DNA of 64,000 nt from Gemmatimonadales bacterium (lineage in GTDB: Bacteria; Gemmatimonadota; Gemmatimonadetes; Gemmatimonadales; GWC2-71-9), in NCBI GenBank assembly GCA_038321865.1, contig JBBQFH010000013.1, positions 9,463-73,462 on the forward strand. Direction: 5' to 3'. A program made the position numbers and the translations under genes. This document shows positions 18,456 through 26,983 of the stretch, piece by piece (position 1 is the first letter of the stretch; every line of letters begins with the position of its first letter). The notes below the pieces were generated by a model. The model saw nothing but the letters and a program-made list of their open reading frames with translations. It was not told where the DNA came from and made no database searches.

Positions 18456-19184
18456 ATGACCGCACACGACTGGTTCATCGAGCATCGCACGGCATACGTC
18501 ACGCGGACGCTCGAGCCGGAGGAGGAGCGCAGTTTTGCCGATCACCTGCGCGGGTGCGAGGAATGCCGCCGCGAGGTCGCCGCGGTGGAGCACGAGCTCG
18601 CCTGGCTGCCGATGGGCGCGGCGCCGGCTGCCATTCGTCCGGGGCTGGCGCGACAGATCTACGAGGGCGCGCTCGAGCCACGCCGCGCGCGCGTGCTCCG
18701 CCGGGCGGCGCCCTGGGCCATGGCGGCGTCCATTCTGTTCGCCGCCGCCGTGTGGACCGCGTCCCATCGCCGGGTGGAAGCGCTTGCGGCGACGCTCGAC
18801 GTGCGGGACCGGCGCCTGGCGGCGCTCACCGACACGCTGTCCGTCATGCGGCAGGCCAGCCGGGTGCTCCAGGCCAGCATCACCATGGACGGCCACCAGG
18901 GTGGCATGATGATCTTCGCCGACGAGCGGACGCACCGCTGGAACGTCGTGGTGCACGGACTGCCGCCCGCGCCCAAGGGCGAGATGTATCAATTCTGGTT
19001 CGTGTCGGAGGATGGAATGGTGCGCGGCGTCCAGATGGATTTGCGGAATCCGCACCCGGCGTTCTTTACCGTCGGGATGCCGAGCACCGGCGGGAAGGTG
19101 ATGGGCGCGGCACTGACCATGGAGACGGTCTCGGCCACCGGAGCCACGCCGCCCGGCCGCATGCTCGCCCATCTGATGCTTTAG
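18456..19184 (+). CDS. Anti-sigma factor (ZAS zinc motif, TM, RskA-like C-terminal domain)
   Basis: HLRGCEEC (Hx3Cx2C), TM WAMAASILFAAAVW, GLPPAPKGEMYQFW, AALTME. Confidence 0.88.
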   Translation: MTAHDWFIEHRTAYVTRTLEPEEERSFADHLRGCEECRREVAAVEHELAWLPMGAAPAAIRPGLARQIYEGALEPRRARVLRRAAPWAMAASILFAAAVWTASHRRVEALAATLDVRDRRLAALTDTLSVMRQASRVLQASITMDGHQGGMMIFADERTHRWNVVVHGLPPAPKGEMYQFWFVSEDGMVRGVQMDLRNPHPAFFTVGMPSTGGKVMGAALTMETVSATGATPPGRMLAHLML

Positions 19185-19186
19185 GG

Positions 19187-19570
19187 CTAGAGCCGGACCT
19201 TCACGGCGCGACACACCAGCTCGCCGCGGTTGCAGATCCCTGCGCGCAGCAGGCCATGCAGGGTATCGGCGGGATACGACAGCCAGGCGACGGGCGCCTC
19301 GGTGTAATAGGCCGAGTCGGGAGTGACGCCGGCCGCCGCGAAACGGAGCACACTCCCGTCGGACAGCTCGATCGCCGGCGGGATCCGAGCGTTGATCTCC
19401 TGCGAATCGGGCACGATCAGACGGACCAGGGTGCCCCGGCCGCTCGGCTCGAAGGTCAGTTGCGGCCCGGTGATAATGGCCGTGACTGGCGCGGGCACGT
19501 CACGGCGGCAGGCCGCGGCCGCCGCGGCCAGCGCAATCGCACACCCGATACCCGCTCGGCCGGACATCAT
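19187..19570 (-). CDS. Hypothetical lipoprotein with C-terminal Cys pair
   Basis: Lipobox-like AAAC; C-terminal GICNRGELVC; ATGA overlap with the redoxin stop. Confidence 0.65.
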   Translation of the reverse strand: MMSGRAGIGCAIALAAAAAACRRDVPAPVTAIITGPQLTFEPSGRGTLVRLIVPDSQEINARIPPAIELSDGSVLRFAAAGVTPDSAYYTEAPVAWLSYPADTLHGLLRAGICNRGELVCRAVKVRL

Positions 19571-20103
19571 TCCGACAGCAGTTCGCGAATCCGCATGTCC
19601 CACATCCTGTAGTTGGCGTCGCCGACGTGAAACTCACCCGCACCTTCATACCGGATATTGCCACGCTTGTCGATCAACACGAAGCTGGGCCAGTAGCGGA
19701 TGCCATAGAGATTCCATGTCCGGTTGTCGTTGTCCTGCGCGTTGGGATACTCGATGCCGTATCTCCGAAGCGCCCGGGCGACGTTCGCGCGGTCATGCTC
19801 GCCGGCGTAGGGCGGAAACTCGGGGGTGTGCACGCCGATGATGGTCAGCCCCTTTGGCCGGTACCGATGATCGAAATCGACAAGCGACGGTACGGTGTTG
19901 GTGCAGTTGTAGCAAGTGAATACCCAGAAGTTGAGCAGTACCACCTGGCCCCGGAGTGACGCCAGCGTGATGGGCGCGGGGGCGTTCAGCCACTGGGTGT
20001 TGGCCCAGGCGGGTGCCGGCCGGGGGTCGGTACGGTGGGGGACGGAGAACACTCCGGCGCCGATCGCCGCCGTGGCCACCGCCAGGAACAGGGGGCTACG
20101 CAT
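19567..20103 (-). CDS. Exported TlpA/DipZ-like thioredoxin-fold redoxin
   Basis: Signal peptide; WLN, LRGQVVLLNFWVFTCYNC, IIGVHTPEF, YWPSFVLIDKRG.IRY. Confidence 0.9.
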   Translation of the reverse strand: MRSPLFLAVATAAIGAGVFSVPHRTDPRPAPAWANTQWLNAPAPITLASLRGQVVLLNFWVFTCYNCTNTVPSLVDFDHRYRPKGLTIIGVHTPEFPPYAGEHDRANVARALRRYGIEYPNAQDNDNRTWNLYGIRYWPSFVLIDKRGNIRYEGAGEFHVGDANYRMWDMRIRELLSE

Positions 20104-20131
20104 GGTTGCTCCGGTAAAGAGTCGCCACAGG

Positions 20132-20157
20132 GACGCACTGGGCCGAAAACCGGTTCT
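20132..20157 (-). promoter_or_regulatory. Candidate ECF sigma promoter 2 (redoxin operon)
   Basis: Minus strand GAACC(20156-52)-N16-CGTC(20135-32). Confidence 0.65.
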
Positions 20158-20162
20158 TCCGG

Positions 20163-20188
20163 AGAACCGTTTGCGCTCCCGCAGCGTA
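20163..20188 (+). promoter_or_regulatory. Candidate ECF sigma promoter 3 (msrB-msrA)
   Basis: GAACC(20164-68)-N16-CGTA(20185-88). Confidence 0.65.
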
Positions 20189-20234
20189 TAGAGGGTGGAG
20201 CACAGACGACCCGACGACTTGGAGAGGCAATATC

Positions 20235-20780
20235 ATGTTGACACCCCGGTTTCTGAGCAGGACCACGCTGGCGCTTGCCGCCGTCGTGGCGACCGCGGGC
20301 TGTGATGCGCGCGCTCAGGCCACCCGCGGCAATCCGAGCGATGCCGAGCTCAGGAAGCGGCTGACCGAGATCCAGTACGAGGTCACCCAGCACGACGCCA
20401 CCGAGCCGCCGTTCCGGAACGCGTTCTGGGACAATCATGAGGCGGGGATCTACGTGGACATCGTCTCCGGCGAGCCGCTGTTCAGCTCGCTCGACAAGTA
20501 CGAATCGGGCACCGGCTGGCCCAGCTTCACGCGCCCGCTCGAGCCGCGCAACATCGCCACCCGGAGCGATCACCAGCTGATCGAGGACCGGACCGAGGTG
20601 CGCTCGGCCCGTGCCAATTCACACCTCGGTCACGTCTTCACCGACGGGCCCCGGCCCACCGGACTCCGCTACTGCATGAATTCGGCGGCCCTGCGGTTCA
20701 TCCCCGCCTCGAAGTTGCGAGCGTCGGGCTACGCGCAATACGAGCGGCTCTTCGCCGCACAGGGAGGAACGACGAAATGA
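20235..20780 (+). CDS. msrB: Peptide-methionine (R)-S-oxide reductase, exported/lipoprotein
   Basis: [46 protein letters not shown]-terminal signal with TAGC lipobox. Confidence 0.95.
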   Translation: MLTPRFLSRTTLALAAVVATAGCDARAQATRGNPSDAELRKRLTEIQYEVTQHDATEPPFRNAFWDNHEAGIYVDIVSGEPLFSSLDKYESGTGWPSFTRPLEPRNIATRSDHQLIEDRTEVRSARANSHLGHVFTDGPRPTGLRYCMNSAALRFIPASKLRASGYAQYERLFAAQGGTTK

Positions 20781-21481
20781 GCGGACCGATGAGGGGCGGA
20801 CTGACCTTCGGACTGGCGGCGGTGGCGCTGCTCGCCTTTGCCATGCCGCGCGGTGCGCGCTCGGCCCACGCCGCGATGCTGCCCGATCCGGTGGCGGACC
20901 AGGTGCTCGCCGGGCCGAAGGGGGAGCAGGTCGCCGTGTTCTCCGGTGGCTGCTTCTGGGGCATCGAGGCGGTCTTCGAGCATGTGAAGGGGGTGCGAAG
21001 CGCTGAATCGGGGTACGCGGGCGGAGCGGCGTCCACGGCGGCCTACGAATTCGTGGGCACCGGCCGCACCGGGCACGCGGAGTCGGTGCGCATCATCTAT
21101 GACTCGTCCGAAGTGTCGTACGGGCAGCTGCTGAAGGTGTTCTTCTCGGTGGCCCACGACCCGACCCAGCTCAACTATCAGGGGCCGGACCACGGCACCC
21201 AGTACCGTTCGGCGATCTGGTATACGACCCCGGAGCAGCAGCGGATCGCGCAGGCCTACATCGCGCAGCTGACCGCGGCAAAGGCGTTTCCGCGCCCGAT
21301 CGTGACCCAGGTGAATCCCCTGACCGGCTTCTACCCCGCCGAGGCGTACCATCAGGACTACGCGATGCGGAACCCGCACTCGCCGTACATCGTGTACAAT
21401 GATGCACCAAAAGTCGAGCGCCTTCGCACCGAACTGCCTGCACTGTATAGAGATACCCCGGTGGCGTCGGCCGCGCGATAA
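20777..21481 (+). CDS. msrA: Peptide-methionine (S)-S-oxide reductase, exported
   Basis: [40 protein letters not shown]; signal peptide. Confidence 0.95.
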   Translation: MSGPMRGGLTFGLAAVALLAFAMPRGARSAHAAMLPDPVADQVLAGPKGEQVAVFSGGCFWGIEAVFEHVKGVRSAESGYAGGAASTAAYEFVGTGRTGHAESVRIIYDSSEVSYGQLLKVFFSVAHDPTQLNYQGPDHGTQYRSAIWYTTPEQQRIAQAYIAQLTAAKAFPRPIVTQVNPLTGFYPAEAYHQDYAMRNPHSPYIVYNDAPKVERLRTELPALYRDTPVASAAR

Positions 21482-21579
21482 CTCCGGGTGTGCCCCCCGA
21501 CACCGCGGCGCCGGTGCCCCGGGGGCTAGCTTGGGTGCAGTCCTGTTCGCTGGATTGCGCCTCACTCGAGAGGAAGACC

Positions 21580-22338
21580 ATGCCGAGATTCACTCTGCCG
21601 TTGCTCTGCGCCGCCATCGCCGTCGCCGCCTGTTCGGGCGGGGACCGGAAGGATGCGGCTGTGACCGACAGCCTCGGCCGCGATCTGCAGATGCCCGCGG
21701 CCGACGCCAACGCGCCGTTGAACGATCGCGGCACCGCCGCTGCCACGTCCGGGAATGGCGCGGTATCCACGCCCCGAAGCACGTCGACGACCACGTCAGC
21801 GAGTTCCGGTTCCGGTGGCCGGCTCGCTGCCGGGACCACGTTCACGGCGCTCACGACGCGGAGCATATCGTCCGCCACCGACAAGGCCGGTGAGACCTTC
21901 ACGGCCCGGGTCGGCACCAGCGTGAAGGATGCGTCGGGGCGCGTCGTGATTCCGGCGGGCTCGCTCGTCACCCTGCGGATCACCGCCCTCCACGAGTCCG
22001 AGAACAAGAGCGACAACACCGGCACGCTGGCGCTCGCGCTGCAAAGCGTCGAGATCAACGGCCAGACCTATTCCATGGACGGCTCGGCGCGCGCGCATTC
22101 CGTGCTCGTGGGCCGGAAGACGAACGTCAACGACGTGGCGAAGGTCGGCGCCGGCGCCGGCATCGGCGCGGTGGCGGGACGGGTGCTCGGCGGCAGCAAG
22201 GGGACGGTGATCGGCGGCGTCCTGGGCGGCGCGGTGGGTGCCCAGCGTGCGGTGGAGACCAAGGATCGGGACGTCGTCGTCTCGTCGGGTTCGACGGTCA
22301 CCATCACCCTCGGCAGCCAGTTCGTGGCCAGCCGCTAG
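21580..22338 (+). CDS. Hypothetical lipoprotein with C-terminal glycine zipper
   Basis: Lipobox VAAC; beta domain; GAGAGIGAVAG...IGGVLGGAVGA. Confidence 0.75.
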   Translation: MPRFTLPLLCAAIAVAACSGGDRKDAAVTDSLGRDLQMPAADANAPLNDRGTAAATSGNGAVSTPRSTSTTTSASSGSGGRLAAGTTFTALTTRSISSATDKAGETFTARVGTSVKDASGRVVIPAGSLVTLRITALHESENKSDNTGTLALALQSVEINGQTYSMDGSARAHSVLVGRKTNVNDVAKVGAGAGIGAVAGRVLGGSKGTVIGGVLGGAVGAQRAVETKDRDVVVSSGSTVTITLGSQFVASR

Positions 22339-22339
22339 G

Positions 22340-22495
22340 TCAGGGCGCGTCGAGCGCCTCGCGCACCTTGTTTGCGAGTGAATTGGCGGTAAACGGTTTC
22401 TGCAGGAAGATGGCGTCGTGCTCCAGCAGCTGGTGCTGGAGCACGACGTCCGTGCGTAGCGGGTCGATCGGTGAAGCCGCGCGAGCTGAGCATGC
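22340..22495 (-). pseudogene. Remnant C-terminus of a response-regulator receiver domain
   Basis: DVVLQHQLLEHDAIFLQKPFTANSLANKVREALDAP* matches the receiver C-terminus; a preceding 'GFTD' lies in another frame; no N-terminal half. Confidence 0.55.
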
Positions 22496-22618
22496 GCGCT
22501 GCCACGTTGCGTGCGCCTGCTGGGTTCGAGGGCATGGCGACGGAAGGCGGGGACGACGGAGTATGGTCGGGTTATATTCCTTCCGCCGTCGCCCCACCGT
22601 CCAGCAGCCGATCAGCTC

Positions 22619-22689
<71 letters not shown>

Positions 22690-22730
22690 CTGAGCTAACT
22701 CGGACAGCACATCGCCCCGCAGCTAGCGGC

Positions 22731-22762
22731 AAGGCCGGCGTCAGTATCTGACGCCGGCCTTT
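22731..22762 (+). terminator. Intrinsic terminator-like hairpin after tRNA-Cys
   Basis: Perfect 14-bp stem AAGGCCGGCGTCAG-TAT-CTGACGCCGGCCTT, short T run. Confidence 0.7.
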
Positions 22763-22881
22763 CGTGTATCCGGTCAGAGGATCGGCCCACCATCTGGCCG
22801 CCACGTCGCGCCTTGCGAGCGCCCGGCGTTGAAATCACATTGACACTTCCGCTGGCCGCCCCTCTTCATCAGGCCTGACGC

Positions 22882-24492
22882 ATGCGCTGGATCGCCCCGC
22901 CCGAAAAGGATACCGGGACCACGACGCTCGAGCGCCGGCTCTGGGAGGCCGCCGACCAGCTCCGCGCCAACTCCGGTCTCACCGCGCAGCAGTATTCACA
23001 GCCCGTCCTCGGCCTGATCTTCCTCCGCTTCGCGGAAGCGCGCTTTCTGGCTCTCCGCCAGGCCCTGGAGACCCAGGCGAAGGGCCGCCGCCGGGGCTCC
23101 CGGCTGGATGACCCGAAGGCGTACCATGCGGAAGGAGTGCTTTATCTGGCGCCGGAGGCACGGTTCGAGCGCCTGCTGACCCTGCCTGAGCAGGCGCAGG
23201 TGGGCAAGGCGCTCAACGAGGCGATGAAGGCGGTCGAGCGCGACAATCCCGAGCTCAAGGACGTGCTGCCGCGGAGCTACCAGATCTTCGCGAGCGTGCT
23301 GCTCAAGGACCTGCTCAAGCGGGTCTCCGAGATTCCCGTAAATCTCGAGTACGACGCCTTCGGCCGGATCTACGAATACTTCCTCGGCGAGTTCGCCCGG
23401 ACGGAAGGCCAGAAGGGCGGTGAGTTCTTCACGCCGTCCAGCATCGTGCGGCTGCTGGTGGAGGTGCTGGAGCCGTTTCACGGCAAGATCCTCGATCCCG
23501 CCTGCGGCTCGGGCGGCATGTTCGTCCAGAGCGCCCGCTTCGTGGCGGAGCACAAGAAGAACCCGGCGTCGGAGCTGGGCATCTATGGCCAGGAAAAGGT
23601 CCAGGAGACGATCAAGCTCTGCCGCATGAACCTCGCGATGCATGGGCTCGAGGGAGAGATCCGAGAGGCGATCAGCTACTACGACGATCCGCACCAGGGC
23701 CTCGGCCGCTTCGATTTCGTGCTAGCCAACCCGCCGTTCAACGTGAACGCGGTGGACAAGGATCGGCTGGAGAAGGAAACCGGCGAGGGAAAGCGTTATC
23801 CCTTCGGCCTGCCCAACGCGGACAACGCCAACTATCTCTGGATTCAGCTCTTCTATTCCAGTCTCAACGCTCGCGGCCGGGCCGGATTCATCATGGCCAA
23901 CTCGGCGTCGGACGCGAGATCATCGGAGCAGATGATACGCCGGAAGCTGATCGAAGCCGGCGCGGTGGACGTGATGGTTGCGGTCGGGGCGAACATGTTC
24001 TACACCGTGGCATTGCCCTGCACCCTCTGGTTCCTGGACCGCGGGAAAAAAGGGACGCCGCGCGCCAACAAGGTGCTCTTCCTCGACGCTCGACATCTGT
24101 TTCGGCAGGTAGACCGGGCGCATCGTGACTGGGCGCCGGGCCAGATCGGATTTCTGGCCAACGTGGTCCGGCTGTATCGAGGCGAGGAGCCAGACTACAG
24201 GTTGGGCGACGCCGAAGCACGGGCGAAGATCGTTGAAGTGTTCGGGAAGAAGCCGAAATACAAGGACGTGCTGGGCCTCTGCAAGGCGGTGACCATTGAG
24301 GTGGTTGAGGCTCAGGGATGGAGCTTGAACCCGGGAAGATACGTCGGAGTAGCGCCCGGAGAGCTGACCAGCGATGAAGACTTTAAGACTCGGCTGCAGA
24401 TGATGAACGAGGAGTTGGAGGCTCTCAAGCTCCGTGCGCATGAGCTTGAGGATTCGGTCGCAGGAAACGCCGCAGAGCTCCTCGAAGGATGA
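22882..24492 (+). CDS. hsdM: Type I restriction-modification methyltransferase subunit
   Basis: [32 protein letters not shown] (amino-MTase motif IV), SLNPGRYVG. Confidence 0.96.
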   Translation: MRWIAPPEKDTGTTTLERRLWEAADQLRANSGLTAQQYSQPVLGLIFLRFAEARFLALRQALETQAKGRRRGSRLDDPKAYHAEGVLYLAPEARFERLLTLPEQAQVGKALNEAMKAVERDNPELKDVLPRSYQIFASVLLKDLLKRVSEIPVNLEYDAFGRIYEYFLGEFARTEGQKGGEFFTPSSIVRLLVEVLEPFHGKILDPACGSGGMFVQSARFVAEHKKNPASELGIYGQEKVQETIKLCRMNLAMHGLEGEIREAISYYDDPHQGLGRFDFVLANPPFNVNAVDKDRLEKETGEGKRYPFGLPNADNANYLWIQLFYSSLNARGRAGFIMANSASDARSSEQMIRRKLIEAGAVDVMVAVGANMFYTVALPCTLWFLDRGKKGTPRANKVLFLDARHLFRQVDRAHRDWAPGQIGFLANVVRLYRGEEPDYRLGDAEARAKIVEVFGKKPKYKDVLGLCKAVTIEVVEAQGWSLNPGRYVGVAPGELTSDEDFKTRLQMMNEELEALKLRAHELEDSVAGNAAELLEG

Positions 24493-25742
24493 GCCCTGTC
24501 AATTGGGCTCGGTGCACGCTCGGCGAGTTAATGGAGATCAGGCACGGATATGCCTTCGCCGGCGAGTATTTTGTCGACGATGGAGAGTTGGTTCTCTTGA
24601 CGCCGGGCAGCTTCAACCTGAAAGGGGGCCTCCGGCTCAAGGGTGCGAAGGAGAAGTTCTACGCCGGTCCAGTCCCGCCTGGATACCTGCTGGAAAGGGG
24701 CGACATTCTGGTCGCCATGACTGATCTCACTCAGCAGGCACCCATCCTCGGTAGCTCCCTTGTAATTCCGGAGAGCGGTCGCTTTCTCCACAACCAGCGA
24801 CTCGGTAAGGTGGTGAACCTAAACACTGACCGGGTGAGGTCAGAATTCGTAGCTCATTTATTCAACGCTCCGTTCGTTCGCGAGCAGATCAAGGGAAGCG
24901 CGTCAGGGGCGACTGTTCGTCATACATCTCCCACACGAATCGGCGAGGTCATTATAGACCTCCCGCCACTTTCGGCTCAACGGCAGATAGCCGCGGTACT
25001 CTCCGGGTACGGCGACCTGATTCAGACGAACCTCCGCCGCACCCAGATCCTCGAGGAGATGGCCAGTGCCATCTACCGCGAGTGGTTTGTGCTTTTTCGG
25101 TTTCCGGGCCATGAAGGAATTGCTCGGGCGGAGTCACCAATCGGTTTAATTCCTCAGGGTTGGAGCACCCGCCCTCTAGGTGACGTTTGCCACCTGGTAA
25201 TGGGGCAGTCTCCTCCGTCCGAGTCCTACAATGATTTCGGAGAAGGTTTGCCTTTTCATCAAGGGGTCAAGGATTTCGGGGCGCGGTTCCCGTCGGATCG
25301 CATGTTCTGTACATGCGAGGGCCGCTTGGCTGAAGCAGGCGACGTCCTACTCAGTGTGCGAGCTCCCGTGGGCCGAATGAATATGGCCAACAAGCGGATG
25401 GTTATGGGTCGTGGCCTATGCGCCATCCGGCATCACGAAGGCCATCAGGCGTTTCTCTGGGAGTTGCTTCGTGATCGATTCCAAGAGGAGGACTCCATCG
25501 GCAATGGTTCGATATTCGCCGCCGTGACGAAGGCAGAACTGGCGGGCCTGCACATGCTCTGTCCTCCTGTTTCGGTATTAGAGGCGGCCTCCGCACAGTT
25601 GGTCCCACTTCACCGCTTGACGGAGTTGTTGAGTGTGCAGGTCGCCAACCTTCGCGCCACCCGCGACCTCCTCCTCCCACGCCTTATGTCCGGCCAGCTC
25701 ACCCTCCGCGAGGTCGAGGAGGCCGTCCCGGCCTCCCTTTGA
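24489..25742 (+). CDS. hsdS: Type I R-M specificity subunit
   Basis: Two TRDs separated by conserved [14 protein letters not shown]...IYREWFV.FRFPG...IPQGW; C-terminal [19 protein letters not shown] overlap with hsdM. Confidence 0.93.
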   Translation: MSPVNWARCTLGELMEIRHGYAFAGEYFVDDGELVLLTPGSFNLKGGLRLKGAKEKFYAGPVPPGYLLERGDILVAMTDLTQQAPILGSSLVIPESGRFLHNQRLGKVVNLNTDRVRSEFVAHLFNAPFVREQIKGSASGATVRHTSPTRIGEVIIDLPPLSAQRQIAAVLSGYGDLIQTNLRRTQILEEMASAIYREWFVLFRFPGHEGIARAESPIGLIPQGWSTRPLGDVCHLVMGQSPPSESYNDFGEGLPFHQGVKDFGARFPSDRMFCTCEGRLAEAGDVLLSVRAPVGRMNMANKRMVMGRGLCAIRHHEGHQAFLWELLRDRFQEEDSIGNGSIFAAVTKAELAGLHMLCPPVSVLEAASAQLVPLHRLTELLSVQVANLRATRDLLLPRLMSGQLTLREVEEAVPASL

Positions 25743-25751
25743 CCGGGAGTA

Positions 25752-25807
25752 TTGCTGTCAAAGCGAATCGGCGTAACTTTTGATAACGACTTCCGCTATC
25801 AAAAGTT
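25752..25807 (+). promoter_or_regulatory. Candidate internal promoter and palindromic operator upstream of fic-hsdR
   Basis: Perfect 11-bp inverted repeat AACTTTTGATA(25775-85)-N11-TATCAAAAGTT(25797-807) overlapping TTGCTG-N16-TAACTT. Confidence 0.6.
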
Positions 25808-25816
25808 GCCGCCACC

Positions 25817-26983
25817 ATGCCGACCAGGTCCACCCGCGCAGGACGATGGGTACGCCAGCAGGCCGGGGCCGAGGGGTTTTCCGCCTTCGTGCCCGCCGGG
25901 CTGCCGCCTGCGCCGGCGGTCAGGTTCACGCCTGAGCTGCAGCGGCTGAGCGAGGCGGCGGGGCGGGCGCTCGGACGGCTCGAAGGGGTGTCGGCCTCGC
26001 TGGAGCCGGACCGGCTGCTGTACATGTACGTCCGGAAGGAAGCGGTGCTCTCGAGCGCCATCGAGGGAACGCAGTCCACCCTCTCGGACCTGCTCCGCTT
26101 CGAGGCCGAGGCCGCGCCGGGCACACCGGTGGATGACGTGCGCGAGGTGTCGCGCTACGTCGACGCGCTCCAGTACGGGATCGGACGCATCCGCTCCGGC
26201 AAGCTCCCACTCTCGCTCCGGCTCCTGCGAGAAGTTCACAAGGTGCTGACCAAAGGTGGACGGGGCGGCGTCCAGGCGCCCGGACAGTTCCGCCGCACCC
26301 AGAACTGGATCGGCGGCACTCGGCCCGGCAATGCGCGCTACGTGCCGCCGCCGCCGCACGAGATGCTCGCCGCCCTCGACAACCTCGAGCGGTTTCTCCA
26401 CGATGAGTACGGCTTCACCCCGCCGGTCATCAAGGCCGGGCTCGCGCACGCCCAGTTCGAGACGATACACCCGTTCCTCGACGGCAACGGACGAGTCGGG
26501 CGCCTGCTCGTCAGCCTGATGCTGGTCGTGGACGGTGTGCTGTCACAGCCCTTCCTTTACTTGAGCTTGTACTTCCGGGAGAACCGGGCCGACTACTACG
26601 ACGCCCTCCAGCGCGTCCGCACACACGGCGACTGGGAGGGCTGGCTCCGCTTCTATCTGATCGGCGTGGAGGCGGTGGCCGCCCAGGCCGCGGATACCGT
26701 CACCGCGCTGACGTCGCTCTTCGATCGGGACCGGACGCGCATTCAGACGCTCGGCCGCGCCGCCGGCAGCGCGCTCCAGGTGTACGACGTGCTCCGGCGG
26801 CGGATCGTGGTCTCGATCTCCGGTGCCGCCGAGGAGGCGGGCGTCACCTGGCCCACCGCGAAGGCGGCGCTGGAGCGGCTGCGCGTGCTCGACATCGTGG
26901 ACGAAAGCACCGGGCGCAGGCGTGATCGCCTGTACACCTATATCAGTCAACTCGAGATCCTGAACCGCGGGACGGACGCGTGA
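25817..26983 (+). CDS. Fic-family protein (class II, inhibitory helix, C-terminal HTH-like domain)
   Basis: HPFLDGNGRVGR catalytic motif; SSAIEG inhibitory motif; C-terminal ISGAAEEAGVTWPTAKAALERL. Confidence 0.93.
   Translation: MPTRSTRAGRWVRQQAGAEGFSAFVPAGLPPAPAVRFTPELQRLSEAAGRALGRLEGVSASLEPDRLLYMYVRKEAVLSSAIEGTQSTLSDLLRFEAEAAPGTPVDDVREVSRYVDALQYGIGRIRSGKLPLSLRLLREVHKVLTKGGRGGVQAPGQFRRTQNWIGGTRPGNARYVPPPPHEMLAALDNLERFLHDEYGFTPPVIKAGLAHAQFETIHPFLDGNGRVGRLLVSLMLVVDGVLSQPFLYLSLYFRENRADYYDALQRVRTHGDWEGWLRFYLIGVEAVAAQAADTVTALTSLFDRDRTRIQTLGRAAGSALQVYDVLRRRIVVSISGAAEEAGVTWPTAKAALERLRVLDIVDESTGRRRDRLYTYISQLEILNRGTDA

Noticed and set aside
22690..22881. Expected integrase beside the tRNA
   Set aside because: Gap is under 200 nt; no tyrosine or serine recombinase motifs recognised anywhere in the window.
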